A DNA stretch of 64,000 bases from Myxococcota bacterium (GTDB lineage Bacteria; Myxococcota_A; UBA796; SXON01), in contig JAZKFH010000019.1 of NCBI GenBank assembly GCA_040386535.1, positions 290,186 through 354,185 on the forward strand. Reading direction: 5' to 3'. Each line of letters opens with the position of its first letter. The first letter of the stretch is position 1. The notes beneath the pieces are model-generated. The model was given only the letters and a program-made list of their open reading frames with translations, was not told the origin of the DNA and did not search any database. This document shows positions 60,819 through 64,000 of the stretch, piece by piece. The translations under genes were made by a program, and so were the position numbers.

Positions 60819-61678
60819 TGTCCAAGGAGCTCCAAGCCCTCCTGGTGCTCCTGCTCATCCTCGGCGTCGCGTGGCTAGGGTACGGCCGGCTCTTCGGGGA
60901 CGACGGCGGGGAGCGGCTCGTCGTGGCCGCGATCGAGGGCACGGTGCGGCGGGTGGACGGCTTCGGGGCCGAGATCCCGGCCGAGGCCGGCCTGGCCCTC
61001 AAGCCGCGGGATCGCATCGTCGCCGGTGTCGGAGGCCGCGCGGTGCTCGCGCTCGGGCCGGACTCGCGCGTCACCATCGAGGAGTCCTCGGCCGTGCGGG
61101 TCCTCGCCGCCGATCAGTCCGGCGTGAAGCTCGAGCTGGAAGGCGGCCGCGTCCAGGCGACCATCCGCCCCGGCTCCGGCCGCCTCGGCATCTCGTCCGA
61201 GGGCACCTCCGTCGTGGCGGACGACGCCGACTTCACCGTCGTCCGCGGGGACGACGGCACCCTCGGCGTCGTCGCCGATCGTGGTCAGGTCGGGATCGAG
61301 GGGATCCCCGGCACCGAGCGCCTCTCGGCGGGTGAGCGTCTCGTCGCGGCGCGCGGGGGCACGGCCCTCGTCGCCCCCGCGTCCGAAGAGCTCTTGTTGA
61401 AGGTCGCCTGGCCGACCGCCGCGCGCACCCGCGACGAGGCCACCGAGGTGCGCGGGCACACCGAGCCGAACGCGTATGTGCGGCTCGGGTGGGACGGCGC
61501 GTGGGTCGAGGTCAAGGCGGACGCCGCTGGGGACTTCGTGGCCCGCGTGCCCCTCGCCGAGGGGTCCAACGAGATCCGCGTGGAGGCGAGATCCGTGCTC
61601 GGCACGTCGATTGCGGCGTCCCACACGGTCGTGCGGGACACCACGGCACCGAACGTCAGCACGCAGATACGGTACTGA
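60818..61678 (+). CDS. FecR-domain protein with C-terminal Ig-like domain
   Basis: N-terminal TM; LKPRDRI..GRAVL..SRVTIEESS..LEGGRV..ADFTV; C-terminal GHTEP..PLAEGSNEI..DTTAP. Confidence 0.8.
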   Translation: MSKELQALLVLLLILGVAWLGYGRLFGDDGGERLVVAAIEGTVRRVDGFGAEIPAEAGLALKPRDRIVAGVGGRAVLALGPDSRVTIEESSAVRVLAADQSGVKLELEGGRVQATIRPGSGRLGISSEGTSVVADDADFTVVRGDDGTLGVVADRGQVGIEGIPGTERLSAGERLVAARGGTALVAPASEELLLKVAWPTAARTRDEATEVRGHTEPNAYVRLGWDGAWVEVKADAAGDFVARVPLAEGSNEIRVEARSVLGTSIAASHTVVRDTTAPNVSTQIRY

Positions 61679-61680
61679 TC

Positions 61681-64000
61681 GTGCTCGCGCTCATCGTCGG
61701 AGCCCTCGCCGCCGAGGTGCTCCTGTACGCCCCGAACGGCGCACCAGAGCCCGGGCGTGCCGCGACGCTCGAGGTCGCGGTGACCGAGGGCATGGCCCCC
61801 GTGGAGGGCGCCGAGGTCGTGCTCGCCGGGCCCGCCGGGGATCTCGTGGCGCCGGCCGGGGAGGTCGCGCCCGGGCGCTACCGGTTCCTCTACACGCCCG
61901 CGCTCGGCCCGGTGGCGGGAGACAGCGTCGCGAACGTGACCGTTCAGGTAGGGAGCGGCCCGCCGACGCCTCTTGTGGTGCCGCTGGCCACGCCGCCGCC
62001 CGCGACCTACGGCCCGCCCGCCGAGATCGACGCCCTCGTGGGAACACCCCGGATCGAGATGCGTTTTCCGCGCGTCGACGGGCGGTTCGTGCCTGGGACG
62101 CGCCTCGCCCGGGTGTCGGAGGGCCGCGTGCTCGAGGTGCGGGACGATCCCGACGGGGTGGTGGTCGTCGTCGAGCCCGGCGCCGAGCGCACCGCCCGGA
62201 TGCTCGCCGTCGCCCTGCTCGACGTGGAGGATCCGCGCGCCACGCCCACGTTCGGGCTCGTCCGGCTCCGCGCGCGCCCGCAGCTCACGCTCACCGCCGA
62301 TCCCGGCAGCACGGTGACGGTCCGCGTGGGAAAGCGCAGCTACGGGCCGTTCGTCGCGAACGCGGCGGGCACGGCCGCGGTGTCGTTCGACGCGTGGCCC
62401 GGCGAGTCCTCCTACGAGCTCGCCGTGGCGGACGATCTCGGCAACACCCAGCGCTCCCAGGGGCCGCTCCCCGTCGCGACCCGGCCCGTGCTCGTCGGCA
62501 TCGAGGCGGCGCTCTCCGGGCAGCGCGGCGCCGATCTCTGGCTCGGCGCCTGGGCGCCGAGCGGCGCGGTATGGACCGGAGGGGCTCCGCTGTGCCGAAC
62601 CGGCGCCGGCGTGCGCACCGAGGCCCTGACCGCCGGCCGGGCCCTGTACCGCACCACGGTCGCCGTCCCCGACGCCGGCGCCTTGTTCGATCCCCGCGTC
62701 GAGTGTGGCCTCGCCGACGCCACCGTGGCGCTGCGGGTGCCGCTCGGCTCCGAGCGCCCGGCCCGCATCGACCTGCGCGTGTACCCCGACACGCTCTCGG
62801 CCGACTTCCCGATCGCCCAGGTCCAGGCGGCCCTGCTCGATCGCCGCGGCGAGCGCCTCCCGCCGGACACGCTCCGCCTGCGCGCGGCCGTGGGGGAGCT
62901 CCAGGTCGAGATGGTGGACGGCGCCTTGCGCGGCGAGTATCGCGGCGCCGCGGCCGTGGAGCGGGGAGGAGACACGCTCGACGCCGCCTGGGATCACCCG
63001 CCCGGCACGGGGCTCGCGTGGGAGCTCGAGGTCCACGCGGCGGCGGACCGGGGGGAGGGTGTGCTCACGACGCTGGTGCGCGCCCTCGATCGGCAGGATC
63101 GGCCGCTCGCGGGGTTGACCGTGCGCGTCCGCCTCGGCGAGCTCGAGGCCCAGAACGTCACGGACACGCGCGGGTGGGCACGGCTCACGTTCCCGGCGGT
63201 GCCGCCGTCCGCGACCCGGGTACGCGCCGCCGCGAGCGGGGTCGTGCGCGAGATCGCGTGGCTGCCGGGCGCGCCGCAGGCGTTGCCCGACCCCGCGGCG
63301 CCCGACGTGCAGGCGAAGATCGAGCTCCCCATCCGGGCCGGCCGGGTCCGCCAGGTGTTCCTCGACGTGTCGCCGCGCCCGCTGCTGACCGGCACCGGCG
63401 CGACCGCCAACGTAGTTGTGCGAATGCTCGACTTCACCGGAAACCCCGTGACCGACGAGCCCGTCACCATCGCCGCGAGCGAGGGCCAGGTGGGCCTGGT
63501 CGAGCCCCAGGCGGACGGTAGCCGCACGGTGACGTACCGCCCGCCGCCCAACGTGTTGTTCGATCGGACCGTGCGGATCACGGCCACGACGACCGCGGGG
63601 ACCGTCTCCACGGACCTCGCGTTGACGCCGCGCCCCGTCAACGGCTCGTTCGGCGTGTCCGCGGGCTGGATCGGCAACCTCGGGGTGGTCTCTTCGCCCG
63701 CGTTGTCCCTCACGTTCAACCAGCGGATCCCGTTCCTCCCGAAGCTCCTCTCTGCCCGCGTCGGCGTGACCGCCTACACGTTCGACGCCGCCGTCGACGA
63801 CATCACCGGGGACACGATCGTGGCGCGCGTCACCCCGGTGCCCATCGACATCGGCCTCGTAGCCACCGAGCGGTCGGGGCGACGCTCGTTGAGCGCCGGA
63901 CTGGCGGCGGTGGTCGCACCCTACGGAATGACGGTCTTGTTCGGAGACGACCGCGGCGTGTCCGGCGTGGGCCTCGCCTCGCCGGGGCTCGTGGTGATGG
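61681..64000 (+). CDS. Large exported Ig-like/invasin-type protein with probable C-terminal beta-barrel (3' end runs off the window)
   Basis: Not in the ORF track; read by hand from GTG at 61681 (VLALIVGALAAEVLLY..EVAPGRYRFLYTP..VRMLDFTGNPV..GSRTVTYRPP..GVSAGWIGNLG); appears open to the end. Confidence 0.7.
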   Translation, partial: MLALIVGALAAEVLLYAPNGAPEPGRAATLEVAVTEGMAPVEGAEVVLAGPAGDLVAPAGEVAPGRYRFLYTPALGPVAGDSVANVTVQVGSGPPTPLVVPLATPPPATYGPPAEIDALVGTPRIEMRFPRVDGRFVPGTRLARVSEGRVLEVRDDPDGVVVVVEPGAERTARMLAVALLDVEDPRATPTFGLVRLRARPQLTLTADPGSTVTVRVGKRSYGPFVANAAGTAAVSFDAWPGESSYELAVADDLGNTQRSQGPLPVATRPVLVGIEAALSGQRGADLWLGAWAPSGAVWTGGAPLCRTGAGVRTEALTAGRALYRTTVAVPDAGALFDPRVECGLADATVALRVPLGSERPARIDLRVYPDTLSADFPIAQVQAALLDRRGERLPPDTLRLRAAVGELQVEMVDGALRGEYRGAAAVERGGDTLDAAWDHPPGTGLAWELEVHAAADRGEGVLTTLVRALDRQDRPLAGLTVRVRLGELEAQNVTDTRGWARLTFPAVPPSATRVRAAASGVVREIAWLPGAPQALPDPAAPDVQAKIELPIRAGRVRQVFLDVSPRPLLTGTGATANVVVRMLDFTGNPVTDEPVTIAASEGQVGLVEPQADGSRTVTYRPPPNVLFDRTVRITATTTAGTVSTDLALTPRPVNGSFGVSAGWIGNLGVVSSPALSLTFNQRIPFLPKLLSARVGVTAYTFDAAVDDITGDTIVARVTPVPIDIGLVATERSGRRSLSAGLAAVVAPYGMTVLFGDDRGVSGVGLASPGLVVM

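Overview
Very GC-rich, densely coding bacterial chromosome segment. A MYXO-CTERM-like tail, many lipoproteins with D/T-rich linkers, an EAD1-like domain and the prs-rplY-pth-rpsF-rplI-dnaB order suggest Myxococcota (inference). Housekeeping content: prs, rplY, pth, rpsF, rplI, dnaB (rpsR is missing from this operon), guaA, xdhC, uup, cobU/cobS, mutM, a full System I cytochrome c maturation operon (ccmABCDEFGHI), trmL and manC. No tRNA, rRNA, CRISPR array, transposase or integrase was recognised. Best candidates for undescribed systems: (1) a coupled pair of single-repeat 'half-TolC' proteins, one fused behind an Asp-box beta-propeller (11734-14168); (2) a membrane-anchored fusion of a degenerate ECF sigma factor and a degenerate zinc-finger anti-sigma domain, heading an operon with a TPR-pseudo-zincin and an MBL hydrolase (35592-38051); (3) a hybrid kinase / pseudokinase / FecR-Ig / invasin-like trans-envelope module (57824-64000); (4) tandem orphan solute-binding-protein-LysM fusions (18282-20566). 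At the DNA level, four 15-21 bp tandem duplications each span a stop codon, several genes look leaderless, and many signal peptides are ultra-short with no basic n-region. All calls come from motif recognition by eye; no searches were run.
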